A stretch of 64,000 nt of DNA from Alphaproteobacteria bacterium (GTDB lineage Bacteria > Pseudomonadota > Alphaproteobacteria > JBFXJJ01): positions 248,336-312,335 of the forward strand of contig JBFXJJ010000001.1 of the NCBI GenBank assembly GCA_050175015.1. The letters are read 5' to 3'. Both the position numbers and the translations under genes were made by a program. Of the stretch, positions 29,068 through 39,099 are shown one piece after another; the first letter of the stretch is position 1, and every line of letters begins with the position of its first letter. The notes under the pieces were generated by a model, which had not been told where the DNA came from, searched no databases, and worked only from the letters and a program-made list of their open reading frames with translations.

Positions 29068-32000
29068 ATGACTATGAACTGGGTTGAAAATTTTTCAAAG
29101 ACCTTAGTTGAAAAACTTGGGCAAAAAAAAGGCGAAAGTTTTGTAAAAAGATATGCTAATTCATTTAAATCCAATTATCACGACCGTTTTGATGCCGAAA
29201 GTGCATACAAAGATGTTTTAAACATAGAAGAAGTTGCAAAAACTGGAAAACCTTCAACCTATCTTTATGAACCAGAGAAAAAAGACGGAAACAAGGTCTG
29301 TTTTAAACTTTATTATCCAAGAGAATCCGCGGTTCTTTCTGATGTTATTCCTATGCTTGAGCATATGAGTTTTAAGATTTTAACAGAAATTCCTTATCAA
29401 TGCTCATTTCAAGATGCTAAAGAAACTGATGATATTAAATCAGTATGGGTACATAACTTTACAATGGTTCGTATGGATAAAAGTAAGGTTGATGTCGAAA
29501 AAATAAGAGACGATTTTCAAGAAGCCTTTAAAAAGGTTATGGACGGTGATGTTGACGATGATGGTTTTAACTGCCTTATTTTAGTTGCAGGGCTTAATTG
29601 GCGTGAGGTTTCAATTGTTAGAGCTTATGCTCGTTATTTAAGACAAGCAGGTATTACACTTTCTCAGGACTACATTAACTCTGCTTTGGCAGCAAACCCT
29701 GAGATTACTAAAATGCTGGTTGATTACTTTGAATCTAAATTTAATCCTGCAGCAAGTGTCAGAAAAACATCAGCTGCCAAAATAGCTGAAATTGATGCTA
29801 AGATTAAAGCTGCTCTTGATAATGTAACAAGTGCAGAGGAAGACCGTATTATAAGATATATTGTAAATCTTTTAGAATGCACTCTTCGTACTAATTTTTA
29901 TCAATCAAAAGCAAAAAATTACATTTCTTTTAAACTAAACAGCAAGGAAATTTATGATTTGCCTCTGCCACGTCCAATGGTGGAAATCTTTGTTTACTCT
30001 CCTCGTATGGAAGGCATTCATTTAAGAGGCGGCAAAGTTGCTAGGGGTGGTATTCGCTGGTCAGACCGCCACGAAGATTACAGAACTGAAATATTAGGTT
30101 TGGTTAAAGCCCAAATGGTTAAAAATGTGGTTATCGTTCCAACAGGTTCTAAGGGCGGATTCGTCTGCAAAAAAATGCCTTACAATGGAACCAGAGAAGA
30201 AATCTTGGCTGAGGGCATCGAATGTTATAAAACATTAATGCGTGGTATTTTAGACCTCACAGATAACATAGATTTAAAGAATGATAAAATTGTTCCTCCT
30301 GAAGATGTTGTTCGTTATGATGAAGACGATCCTTATCTTGTTGTGGCCGCGGATAAAGGAACAGCAAGCTTTTCCGATATTGCAAATGGTGTTTCTCAAG
30401 AATATGGTTTCTGGCTTGGCGATGCTTTTGCTTCTGGCGGTTCAGTCGGTTTCAGTCATAAAGATATGGCGATTACTGCAAAGGGCGCTTGGGAATGCGT
30501 TAAGCGTCATTTCCGCGAAATTGGCGTTAATATTCAAACGACTGATTTTCAAGTGGCGGGTGTCGGTGATATGTCTGGCGACGTATTCGGCAATGGTATG
30601 CTCTTGTCAGAACATATTAAATTAGTAGCAGCGTTTGACCATCGTAATATTTTTATTGATCCTAATCCAGATCCTAAGAAATCATTTAAAGAAAGAGAAC
30701 GTATGTTCGCTTTACCTCGCTCAAGTTGGGAAGATTATAACCAAGAGCTAATTTCTGAGGGCGGCGGTATTTTTAGCCGTAAAGCTAAAAGCATTACGCT
30801 TTCAAAAGAAATTAAAAATCTTTTGAATATTAAAGAAAGCAGCCTCACGCCTAATAATTTAATTAAAGCCATTTTAAGATCTAATATCGATTTGTTATGG
30901 TTTGGAGGTATTGGTACTTATGTTAAATCTTCGGCGCAAAGAGATTCTGATGTCGGCGATAGAAGCAATGATGCCTGCCGCATTAATGCTAACGAAATCA
31001 AAGCAAAGGTTGTGGGTGAAGGTGCCAATCTTGGTATGACACAAAAAGCTCGTATTGAATACTGCTTAAATGGCGGCCGTTGCAATACTGATGCTATTGA
31101 TAATTCTGCTGGTGTTAATTGTTCTGATATCGAAGTGAACTTCAAAATTTTATTAAATGATATTATTTCATCGGGTAAGATGGATATTAAGGGACGTAAT
31201 AAACTGCTGGTAGAGCTTACAAGTGATGTTTCTAAGTTAAGTATGAGAGCTAATCAGCTTCAGGGGCAGGCTTTAAGCCTAATGCTTGCTCAAGGCACTT
31301 CGATTATGAGTGAGCAAAAAGACTTATTTAAGTTTTTAGAAGAAGATGGGCTTCTTAATAGAGATGTTGAGTTTTTACCATCTAATGACGAAATGGACGA
31401 TAGATTTTCAAAAGGTCAAGGGCTTACTAGACCTGAGCTTTCTATTTTAATGCCATATTCTAAAATTTGGCTTTATAAACAAATTATAGAAAGCGATCTG
31501 CCAGATGATCCAATGCTTACAGAGCGGGCTTTGTTTAATTATTTTCCTAAACAAATTCGTGAAAAATATGGTGAATTTATTAAGAGACATCGTTTACGTC
31601 GTGAAATAATTGCTAAACAGATTACCAATACTTTAATTAATCGTGTTGGTGGAACATTTGTTACCTCTCTTATGGAAAAAACGGGAATGCCTCCTTCAAT
31701 GATTGCTAGGGCGTTTCTCGTAGCTGTTATTTCATTTTCGATTAATGATATCTGGGATAGTATTGAAGCTTTAGACAACAAAGTTGATGCCAAAGTTCAG
31801 ACAATGATGCTGATCGAAATTAACCGTATTTTAGAAAGAATTACGCAGTGGATTTTAAGAAGAGGTCCAGCAAAAATTGATTTAACATTAGTTACCAAAG
31901 AATTCAAAAACAATGTTGATGATGTTGCCGCCTCTATTGATGCAGCGCTTGCAGCCGTAAATGACAGCTATATTAAGGATTTTGCTAAAATTTATATGGA

Positions 32001-32484
32001 TCAAGGTGTTCCTGAAATATTGTCGCGTCGTGTTGCTAGCATACCGTTACTTTCTTCTGGGCTTGATATTGGTCAACTATCCAGAAAATATGGTGTTCCA
32101 ATAGAAATAGTCTGCAGTATTTATTTTGCTATCGGTAAAGATTTTGATTTAAGATGGATGAGAGATTCTCTCAGAAAAGATGTCTTTATTGACAGCCACT
32201 GGAAGCATCTTGCCGTTTTTGGCATTGAAGAATCGCTGTTTGCTCAGCAGCGTTCAATTGTTGCTCGTATTTTGGAATATCTTGGCAAAGATATTGTTAA
32301 ACTTGCGAAGAAGGATCCTTCTTTTGAAGGTGCAATTAATTCATGGAAAACGGAGCATGAGTATATCGTAAAACGTATATCCAAAGTAATTCGTGATATT
32401 AAAGCATCAAATAAAGTTGATTTAGCAATGATGATGGTTATGACACGCAATCTAAGAGCTTTGTCGGAACCACGATTATTGTAA
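29068..32484 (+). CDS. Large NAD-specific glutamate dehydrogenase, N-terminally shortened
   Basis: VARGGIRWSDR, GLVKAQMVKN, VVAADKGTA, GDMSGDVFGNG, EGANLG, LTRPEL. Confidence 0.93.
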   Translation: MTMNWVENFSKTLVEKLGQKKGESFVKRYANSFKSNYHDRFDAESAYKDVLNIEEVAKTGKPSTYLYEPEKKDGNKVCFKLYYPRESAVLSDVIPMLEHMSFKILTEIPYQCSFQDAKETDDIKSVWVHNFTMVRMDKSKVDVEKIRDDFQEAFKKVMDGDVDDDGFNCLILVAGLNWREVSIVRAYARYLRQAGITLSQDYINSALAANPEITKMLVDYFESKFNPAASVRKTSAAKIAEIDAKIKAALDNVTSAEEDRIIRYIVNLLECTLRTNFYQSKAKNYISFKLNSKEIYDLPLPRPMVEIFVYSPRMEGIHLRGGKVARGGIRWSDRHEDYRTEILGLVKAQMVKNVVIVPTGSKGGFVCKKMPYNGTREEILAEGIECYKTLMRGILDLTDNIDLKNDKIVPPEDVVRYDEDDPYLVVAADKGTASFSDIANGVSQEYGFWLGDAFASGGSVGFSHKDMAITAKGAWECVKRHFREIGVNIQTTDFQVAGVGDMSGDVFGNGMLLSEHIKLVAAFDHRNIFIDPNPDPKKSFKERERMFALPRSSWEDYNQELISEGGGIFSRKAKSITLSKEIKNLLNIKESSLTPNNLIKAILRSNIDLLWFGGIGTYVKSSAQRDSDVGDRSNDACRINANEIKAKVVGEGANLGMTQKARIEYCLNGGRCNTDAIDNSAGVNCSDIEVNFKILLNDIISSGKMDIKGRNKLLVELTSDVSKLSMRANQLQGQALSLMLAQGTSIMSEQKDLFKFLEEDGLLNRDVEFLPSNDEMDDRFSKGQGLTRPELSILMPYSKIWLYKQIIESDLPDDPMLTERALFNYFPKQIREKYGEFIKRHRLRREIIAKQITNTLINRVGGTFVTSLMEKTGMPPSMIARAFLVAVISFSINDIWDSIEALDNKVDAKVQTMMLIEINRILERITQWILRRGPAKIDLTLVTKEFKNNVDDVAASIDAALAAVNDSYIKDFAKIYMDQGVPEILSRRVASIPLLSSGLDIGQLSRKYGVPIEIVCSIYFAIGKDFDLRWMRDSLRKDVFIDSHWKHLAVFGIEESLFAQQRSIVARILEYLGKDIVKLAKKDPSFEGAINSWKTEHEYIVKRISKVIRDIKASNKVDLAMMMVMTRNLRALSEPRLL

Positions 32485-32507
32485 ATCTATTTTATTCAAC
32501 AAAAATT

Positions 32508-32552
32508 AAACAAGTGAAAAACTCTTTTATGATAGTTTTTCACTTGTTTTTC
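32508..32552 (+). terminator. Intrinsic terminator after glutamate dehydrogenase
   Basis: 16-bp stem AAACAAGTGAAAAACT/AGTTTTTCACTTGTTT followed by T run. Confidence 0.75.
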
Positions 32553-32715
32553 TTGTAATACAACAAAAATATAATAACGAGATTGATACATATTTAGAAA
32601 AATAAATAAAAAATAACAAACTTATAAATAATATCAAGATAGTTTATAATAATACGCTTGTTTTTTTTCTTGTTATCTTTTAAAGTCTAGAAGGTTTGCA
32701 AGAGTTTGCAGACTA

Positions 32716-32910
32716 GGGCGTCGAAACCCTTTGATGTGTGCAGCTTGGCACAGGCTGATTTATTTATGTGTCGCCTCGGTCCTAGGGTCGGGGTGATAAC
32801 AGTGTATGTACAAGTTCCCTCCCCCAAGAGATAGGACTAAAGACTGTTATGCCTTTTTACATCAAGGTTTTCGAACACCCCGACCGCCAAGCTAAGCTAT
32901 TTTGGCGGTC
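32716..32910 (+). ncRNA. Structured RNA locus resembling phage C4-type antisense RNA with upstream target
   Basis: Closing stem GGTCGGGGTG/CACCCCGACC, inner stem ATAACAGT/ACTGTTAT, segment 32859-32874 complementary to 32721-32737; GC-rich island in AT-rich DNA. Confidence 0.6.
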
Positions 32911-33027
32911 ACATCGGTATGCAGTAATTTTATTGATACATAACTGAAACGATTAAGAAATATTCTTGATACAGAAATATGCTTTAATAAGATTATTGTT
33001 GTTAGTACTTTTTATAGGGGACAGGCT

Positions 33028-34731
33028 ATGTTTGCTGTAGTAACAAGGTTAAAATTTTCTCAAAAAATTATTATTTCATCTATGTTATCGCTATTAGTAT
33101 TAGGCGGAACTTTGACAGTGCAGTCATCACGCGGCATTAAACAGGAAATGCTTCAAATGGCTCAAGAAGACCAAAATACTTCTCTTAATGTATTAAAAGC
33201 AATTTTTGCTAATATGGGCAGTGAGATCAAAATATCCGATAATAAGTTGATGGTAGGAGAACATATTGTTAATAATGATTATCTTATAGTTGATAGAGTG
33301 AAAAACATCTCTGGTGGTGTTGCAACAATCTTTATGAAAACTATAAAAAACGGTTCAATTGAATTTGAGCGCGTGTCAACTAATATTGTAAATGACAGCG
33401 GAAATAGAGCTGTTGGAACTCTTTTAGCTAAGGGTGCTGTTTATGATAGTATGATGAATGGCAAAACATTTTTTGGTGAGGCTGATATCTTAGGTAAAAG
33501 CTATTTTACAGCTTATGAGCCGATAAAAGACAGCCGAGGTGAAATTGTTGGCATTTATTTTGTTGGTTTATTACAAAGCGATTTCTTAGGTATTATTAAC
33601 AAAACAATAAATGATTTGGTTCTTATTTCATTAGTAACAGTTATTGTTATCACTTTGCTTTTGACTATTTTCTTCAAGAAACAACTTAAAGTTATGTTAG
33701 ATTTAAATAATGTAATGGGCGATATTTCAAACGGGGACTTTAACATAAAAGTTCCAGGACAAAGCCGTTATGACGAAATCGGCGATATGGCAAGAGCTGT
33801 TGAAGTGTTTAAAGAAAATGGTATTAAGACCAAAGAGCTCGAAGAAGCTCAGAAACAAGCTGAGATTAGAGCTGCCAAGGAAAAGAAAGAAATGATGCAT
33901 AAAATGGCAGATGACTTTGAAAAAGCAGTTATGGGTATTGTTGACGCTGTATCTGCTGCCGCTACCGAAATGAATTCGACGGCTGAGAATATGTCAGCTA
34001 TTTCCGAAGAAACAGCTCAGCAGGCAACCGCAGTTGCCGCAGCTTCCGAACAAGCTGCTGCGAACGTTCAAACTGTTGCCGCCGCTGCTGAAGAACTTTC
34101 CAACTCTATTGCTGAAATTTCAAGGCAGGTGACAGAAGAATCAGCTATAGCTAGACAGGCTGTAGAAGAGGTTCACACAACAAATGCTGTGGTTGGCGGA
34201 CTTGTTCAATCCGCTCAAAGAATTAGTGAAGTTGTTGAACTCATCACTGATATTGCCAATCAAACGAATTTACTTGCTCTTAATGCAACGATTGAAGCTG
34301 CTCGTGCTGGTGATGCTGGCAAGGGATTTGCTGTTGTTGCTAGTGAAGTTAAGAATCTTGCTAATCAAACAGCAAGGGCAACGGAAGATATTTCTAATCA
34401 AATTTCTGATGTTCAGGGTAAAACTAATCAGGCGGTATCAGCTATTACTAACATCGGGTCTGTTATCGATAAGATTGATGAAATATCAGCTGCAATCGCT
34501 TCTGCTGTTGAACAACAAGGCGCAGCAACATCTGAGATTTCACGTAATGTTGAACAAGCATCACAGGGAACAGCTGAAGTATCTAATAATATTGTTGGCG
34601 TAACACAGGCTGCAGGTGAGGCTGGTTCAGCGGCTAACCAAGTTTTGACAGCATCTAAAGAACTTGCTCAAAAGTCAGTTCTTTTAAGAGATGAAGTTAA
34701 AAACTTTATTGTAAAAATTAGAGCATCATAG
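33028..34731 (+). CDS. Methyl-accepting chemotaxis protein with Cache sensor domain
   Basis: TM1, VATIF..RVSTN..GNRAVGT..YFTAYEP Cache domain, TM2, HAMP, MCP hairpin motif. Confidence 0.95.
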   Translation: MFAVVTRLKFSQKIIISSMLSLLVLGGTLTVQSSRGIKQEMLQMAQEDQNTSLNVLKAIFANMGSEIKISDNKLMVGEHIVNNDYLIVDRVKNISGGVATIFMKTIKNGSIEFERVSTNIVNDSGNRAVGTLLAKGAVYDSMMNGKTFFGEADILGKSYFTAYEPIKDSRGEIVGIYFVGLLQSDFLGIINKTINDLVLISLVTVIVITLLLTIFFKKQLKVMLDLNNVMGDISNGDFNIKVPGQSRYDEIGDMARAVEVFKENGIKTKELEEAQKQAEIRAAKEKKEMMHKMADDFEKAVMGIVDAVSAAATEMNSTAENMSAISEETAQQATAVAAASEQAAANVQTVAAAAEELSNSIAEISRQVTEESAIARQAVEEVHTTNAVVGGLVQSAQRISEVVELITDIANQTNLLALNATIEAARAGDAGKGFAVVASEVKNLANQTARATEDISNQISDVQGKTNQAVSAITNIGSVIDKIDEISAAIASAVEQQGAATSEISRNVEQASQGTAEVSNNIVGVTQAAGEAGSAANQVLTASKELAQKSVLLRDEVKNFIVKIRAS

Positions 34732-34762
34732 TTTTTATAAAGATATTTCTGTTTTTAGTTAA

Positions 34763-34816
34763 TAGGCTTGAATTAGATGACTTTTAGGTTTTCTAATTCA
34801 AGCCTAACTATTTTTT
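34763..34816 (+). terminator. Intrinsic terminator after MCP
   Basis: 15-bp stem TAGGCTTGAATTAGA/TCTAATTCAAGCCTA. Confidence 0.7.
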
Positions 34817-35251
34817 ATGAAATTTTTGCCAATCTTTTGACATAAATTTGCATTTGGCAAAATTGATTTAACTAAAATTCCTGAGAAGTACTCAAATTAA
34901 GAATTGTTGATAATATTATTGAAGCATATTTTCAATATTTTTATTGAAACTACTTTATTTTCAATAACTAATAATACTTTTTATTTTATACTTAAAAAGA
35001 TTTTCTAACAAAAGAACTTTGAGGTATTAAAATCACTTTGTATCGTTTTAACAAAATTTTTAAGAAAAACAATCGCTTGTTATAAAATAACAGTAAATGT
35101 GAAGTGTTGTCGAAAAACCACAGTATTATTAAAAAAGCATTTTATTACTCTTGAAATGGACAAAAAGAAAATTTTTTCTTTAAACAAAAAAGCACTTATG
35201 ATAGAAGGTAGGTATATTTTAAACATTTGCACAACTTAAGGGGTATGAGTA

Positions 35252-36982
35252 ATGGCAGAAGATGTAAAAGATAAAGTTTCAGGATTTTTAAAGAAGGATT
35301 TAAAAATTTTTGTTTGTGGTGATACTACCAAAAGACCAGATGATGTTTTTAGACAGTCATCAATAATGCTTTTAAATAAAAAGGCCGATGGCCGCACTAT
35401 TTATGCTGAACCAGCAAAAGATCAAAGAGGTGTTGTCGATATTAGTTTTGACAAACCTGTTGCTGGCGGCGAAATTGAGAAATCTACAACGAGATCAAGC
35501 AGAGATTTCACAGAATTATCAAATGTCTTAAAAGAACTAGGCAATGTTACTTGGGTTATGGATAAAGATGCCATTTTAAGAACATTTGCTCTTGATACCG
35601 ATCCTAACAAGACAAAACTTAAGGCCTTTGAAAAACATTTAGCGGCGTTTTCTAAAGAAGAAAACAATGAATTGACCAGCCAGCTTAGCTATAGAGATAA
35701 GCAAATGCTTTATAAAGAAGTTATGGAAAAAGAAAACAATCCATTTTCTTTAGCAATTCCATCAACTACCATTGATGGCAATGTTGGCGTTATTAACCCA
35801 GCAGATGCAGATATGCCAATTCATGATATGTTTTTCCCATATTTGGCAGAAAAGGGTATTGGCTTGGAAGAGTATAACCAATTTATTAATACTCATGAAG
35901 CAGGACATGCTAACGATAGACGTAATCACAGAACGCAATTCAGTGATAAGGCAGAAACTAATTGGATGCGCCACAGAACAGAATGCGTAGCTGATACATT
36001 CTCAACTCTTATGCTTGCAAGAAAAACAGGAAATACTAATGTTGGTGAGCTTGCTGCGGATGTTCGTAACGAATTAACAGTTCAAGGTTTAGCATATATA
36101 CAAAAATATCTTGATAAACAAAGACAAGAACAGCTTGGTGATGGCGTTGCCTTTAGAATTTCAAGCTTATCTAAATCTCTTTCAGAATATGCTGATGATA
36201 ATTTTGAAGACAGACCATACGTTGGTAGTGCTGCTTTGAAGAAATTTATGGAAGAAGAAAAAGCTAAAAAAGAAGGTAGGCCTGTTGCCAGAAAACAAGA
36301 GCCAAGTTTTGTTGAATCTATTATTAATGATTTTGATGGCAAATTGACGGCTTCTGCTTTTTCTAGAACACCTGAAGATGTTTTAGGCTCAATCATCGCA
36401 TACACAACAACGCCAACGGTTGATGCAACAATAAAAGTTGCAAAAGAAAAACTTAAAGATGGCAGCTTGCAGGCAATGTCAACTAAAGAAGTTTATTCTT
36501 TGGCAGAAAAAATGGTTGATGAAAATACTTTCAGCAAAGAAAAAGTTGCGAAAATGATTTCCAGCTTTATGAAGGGCGAAACAATGCCTGAGTTTGAAGC
36601 TATTTTCAAACGCAGAGCTGAATCAGGTTTAACTGTTACAGATAACAAAAAAGTTAAAGCTGAAGAAATGACAGGGAAACAAACAGCAGATTATGACAGA
36701 GGTTTCAGAGCAAAAATTGCATCTGATTCTAAAGTAGATGTTATAAATGCAGTTGAAACTGAGAAGGATAGATTAAGAGCTATCGATCCATTTAAAGCTA
36801 GTTATGTTACAGCTCATAGCAAAATTGAACATCTTAATGATAAATACATTGATGGCAATGGGAGCAAATCTAGAGATGCGGTTAAAGCTAAAATCTTAGC
36901 AAACAAAGATAAAACCAAAAAAGCCAAAGGCAAAAAACAGCCTTCTGTTGCTAACTTGGTTAATAAAAGCAAAACTAGATAA
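35252..36982 (+). CDS. Orphan protein with zinc-metalloprotease-like HExxH motif and basic C-terminal tail
   Basis: NTHEAGH followed by HRTECVADTFS (gluzincin-type E..AD); no signal peptide; ends KKQPSVANLVNKSKTR. Confidence 0.75.
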   Translation: MAEDVKDKVSGFLKKDLKIFVCGDTTKRPDDVFRQSSIMLLNKKADGRTIYAEPAKDQRGVVDISFDKPVAGGEIEKSTTRSSRDFTELSNVLKELGNVTWVMDKDAILRTFALDTDPNKTKLKAFEKHLAAFSKEENNELTSQLSYRDKQMLYKEVMEKENNPFSLAIPSTTIDGNVGVINPADADMPIHDMFFPYLAEKGIGLEEYNQFINTHEAGHANDRRNHRTQFSDKAETNWMRHRTECVADTFSTLMLARKTGNTNVGELAADVRNELTVQGLAYIQKYLDKQRQEQLGDGVAFRISSLSKSLSEYADDNFEDRPYVGSAALKKFMEEEKAKKEGRPVARKQEPSFVESIINDFDGKLTASAFSRTPEDVLGSIIAYTTTPTVDATIKVAKEKLKDGSLQAMSTKEVYSLAEKMVDENTFSKEKVAKMISSFMKGETMPEFEAIFKRRAESGLTVTDNKKVKAEEMTGKQTADYDRGFRAKIASDSKVDVINAVETEKDRLRAIDPFKASYVTAHSKIEHLNDKYIDGNGSKSRDAVKAKILANKDKTKKAKGKKQPSVANLVNKSKTR

Positions 36983-37012
36983 TAGCTTTAATTAAAAAAA
37001 CAATGCTTTTAG

Positions 37013-37047
37013 ACACCGCAATTTATTAAATTAGATTGCGGTGTTTT
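37013..37047 (+). terminator. Intrinsic terminator
   Basis: ACACCGCAAT/ATTGCGGTGT stem plus T run. Confidence 0.7.
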
Positions 37048-37076
37048 AACTAAAAATAGGGAAAAAAGAGGAACAA

Positions 37077-38915
37077 ATGACTGAAAATAGAGTAGATATT
37101 TTAAGAAAAGAGCTAAAAAATCAAAAGATTGATGGTTTTATTATTCCTCACGGTGATGAGTTTCGTTCAGAAAATCTGCCAGAAAGTTCCAAACGATTAG
37201 AATGGCTCACAGGATTTTCCGGTTCTGCGGGGACGGCAATTGTTTTAGAAGATAAAGCGGTCTTATTTGTTGATGGCAGATATACTCTACAGGCTCCTAA
37301 AGAAGTTGACACTAAAATTTTTGAAATTGTCAATGTGTCGGATAAATCGCCAGCCGAATGGATTGCTGAAAATCTTGGAAAAGATAAAGTTGTTGGCTAT
37401 GATTCGTGGCTTCATACTACCAATGAAGTAGAGCGTTTTGAAAAAGCGTGTAAAAATGCAGGAGGCAGTCTTAACTCTGTTGCTAATGCCGTTGATGCCG
37501 TATGGAATGACCGCCCAGCAGCTCCTAAAGGAAAAATTTTTGAGCATCCTTTAGAATTTTCTGGGGTTCAAAGCGAGTATAAAAGACGCAAAATAGCATC
37601 TGATATGAAAAAAGATAAAGTCAAAGCCGCCTTTATAAGCGATCCTTCATCTGTTGCTTGGCTTTTAAATATTAGAGGCAGTGATGTTGATTTTTCACCG
37701 CTTCCATTGTCTTTTGCTGTGCTTCATTCTGATGCCAGTGTTGATTTATTAATTGATAAAGACAAAGTCGATGAAAAAACCGCAGAGTATCTAGGGGATA
37801 AAGTTAGAATTGTTCCAATGGATAAGATCGATACTTTAATGAAAGACCTGGCTAAAGGTGATGAAGATCAACGAATTCAAATAGATAGTGGTTCTGCACC
37901 TTCAAAAGTATTAGAGATACTGAGGCAAAATCAGGCTAGAATTAAAGATGATGCGGATCCTTGTCAACTTCCTAAAGCGTGTAAAAATAATGTTGAAATT
38001 GAAGGTTCTCGTAAAGCGCATATTAAAGACGGGGTTGCGGTTACCAAGTTTTTAGCTTGGTTTGAAGAGGCTGCCACTAAAGAGAATTTAACAGAAGTTG
38101 ATGCGGCGCAAAAACTAGAAAGCTTTAGAGCTCTTGATAAGGATTATCGAGGCGCAAGCTTTGAAACAATCCCAGCAACAGGGGCAAACGGAGCAGTTGT
38201 GCATTATCACGCTTCAAAAGAGCATAGCAGCACAATTAAAAACGGAGATGTCTTTTTGCTTGATTCAGGAGGGCAGTACCCTTTCGGTACAACTGATATT
38301 ACTAGAACCGTAATTGTTGGAAGCAAGGCAAGTGATGAAGAAAAATCTAGATATACTGCGGTTTTAAAAGGTCATATAGCCTTAGCTGCGGCTCGTTTTC
38401 CTGAAGGCACAACGGGCAATCAGTTAGATGTTTTGGCTCGAAAAGCGTTGTGGGACGAAGGGCTTGATTATGCGCATGGCACAGGTCATGGCGTTGGAAG
38501 TTATTTAGAAGTTCACGAAGGTCCGCAAAGCATTTCTCCTCGTGCTGGCAATAAAACACAGCTTAAAACAGGAATGATTATTTCTAATGAACCTGGTTAT
38601 TATGAAGAAGGCAATTTTGGCATAAGATTAGAAAATCTAATTTGTGTTAAAGAGCCAAAAGATGCAGAAAAAACATCTTTAAAGAAATCATATGAATTTG
38701 AAACCCTAACTTTGGTTCCTTTTGATAGGAATTTGATTAAAGCTAATGATTTAAGCGACCAAGAACTCAAATGGCTTAATGATTACCATAACGAAGTTCA
38801 GAAGACATTAGTTCCTTTAGTTGATGAAAAAACAGCGGCTTGGTTAAAAAAAGCAACCAAACCGATTGTTAAAAAAAACGTTAAGGCAGCGTTGACTAAC
38901 AGTCAAAGTCGTTAA
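37077..38915 (+). CDS. Xaa-Pro aminopeptidase (M24B) with extra C-terminal tail
   Basis: LTGFSGSAG, VDGRY, DSGGQY, GTTDITRT, HGTGHGVG, HEGP, SNEPG, GIRLEN. Confidence 0.95.
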   Translation: MTENRVDILRKELKNQKIDGFIIPHGDEFRSENLPESSKRLEWLTGFSGSAGTAIVLEDKAVLFVDGRYTLQAPKEVDTKIFEIVNVSDKSPAEWIAENLGKDKVVGYDSWLHTTNEVERFEKACKNAGGSLNSVANAVDAVWNDRPAAPKGKIFEHPLEFSGVQSEYKRRKIASDMKKDKVKAAFISDPSSVAWLLNIRGSDVDFSPLPLSFAVLHSDASVDLLIDKDKVDEKTAEYLGDKVRIVPMDKIDTLMKDLAKGDEDQRIQIDSGSAPSKVLEILRQNQARIKDDADPCQLPKACKNNVEIEGSRKAHIKDGVAVTKFLAWFEEAATKENLTEVDAAQKLESFRALDKDYRGASFETIPATGANGAVVHYHASKEHSSTIKNGDVFLLDSGGQYPFGTTDITRTVIVGSKASDEEKSRYTAVLKGHIALAAARFPEGTTGNQLDVLARKALWDEGLDYAHGTGHGVGSYLEVHEGPQSISPRAGNKTQLKTGMIISNEPGYYEEGNFGIRLENLICVKEPKDAEKTSLKKSYEFETLTLVPFDRNLIKANDLSDQELKWLNDYHNEVQKTLVPLVDEKTAAWLKKATKPIVKKNVKAALTNSQSR

Positions 38916-38944
38916 AACTTACAATGAAAAAGTTTTGAGGAATT

Positions 38945-38976
38945 ATTAAAGGGACTTTTTTAAAAGTCCCTTTAAT
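38945..38976. terminator. Bidirectional hairpin between convergent genes
   Basis: ATTAAAGGGACTTTT/AAAAGTCCCTTTAAT. Confidence 0.75.
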
Positions 38977-39099
38977 TTATAAAGACGTTTGCAGTGACTT
39001 TGAAGATAACTAACTAAATTTTTTGACTGTAGTTTGTTGGTTGGGATGAAACCTATATAAAACATACTGTTAAGAAAAAAATCATTTTAAAATGATACG

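Noticed and set aside
32716-32910. c-di-GMP riboswitch, SRP, 6S RNA or tRNA identity for the structured region
   Set aside because: Signature motifs of those RNAs are absent; self-complementarity to an upstream target fits an antisense-type locus better.
34817-35251. Hidden gene, CRISPR array or CtrA boxes in the long AT-rich gap
   Set aside because: No credible ORF or regular repeats; the TTAA pair at 35048/35060 has an 8-nt spacer rather than the 7 nt of a CtrA box.
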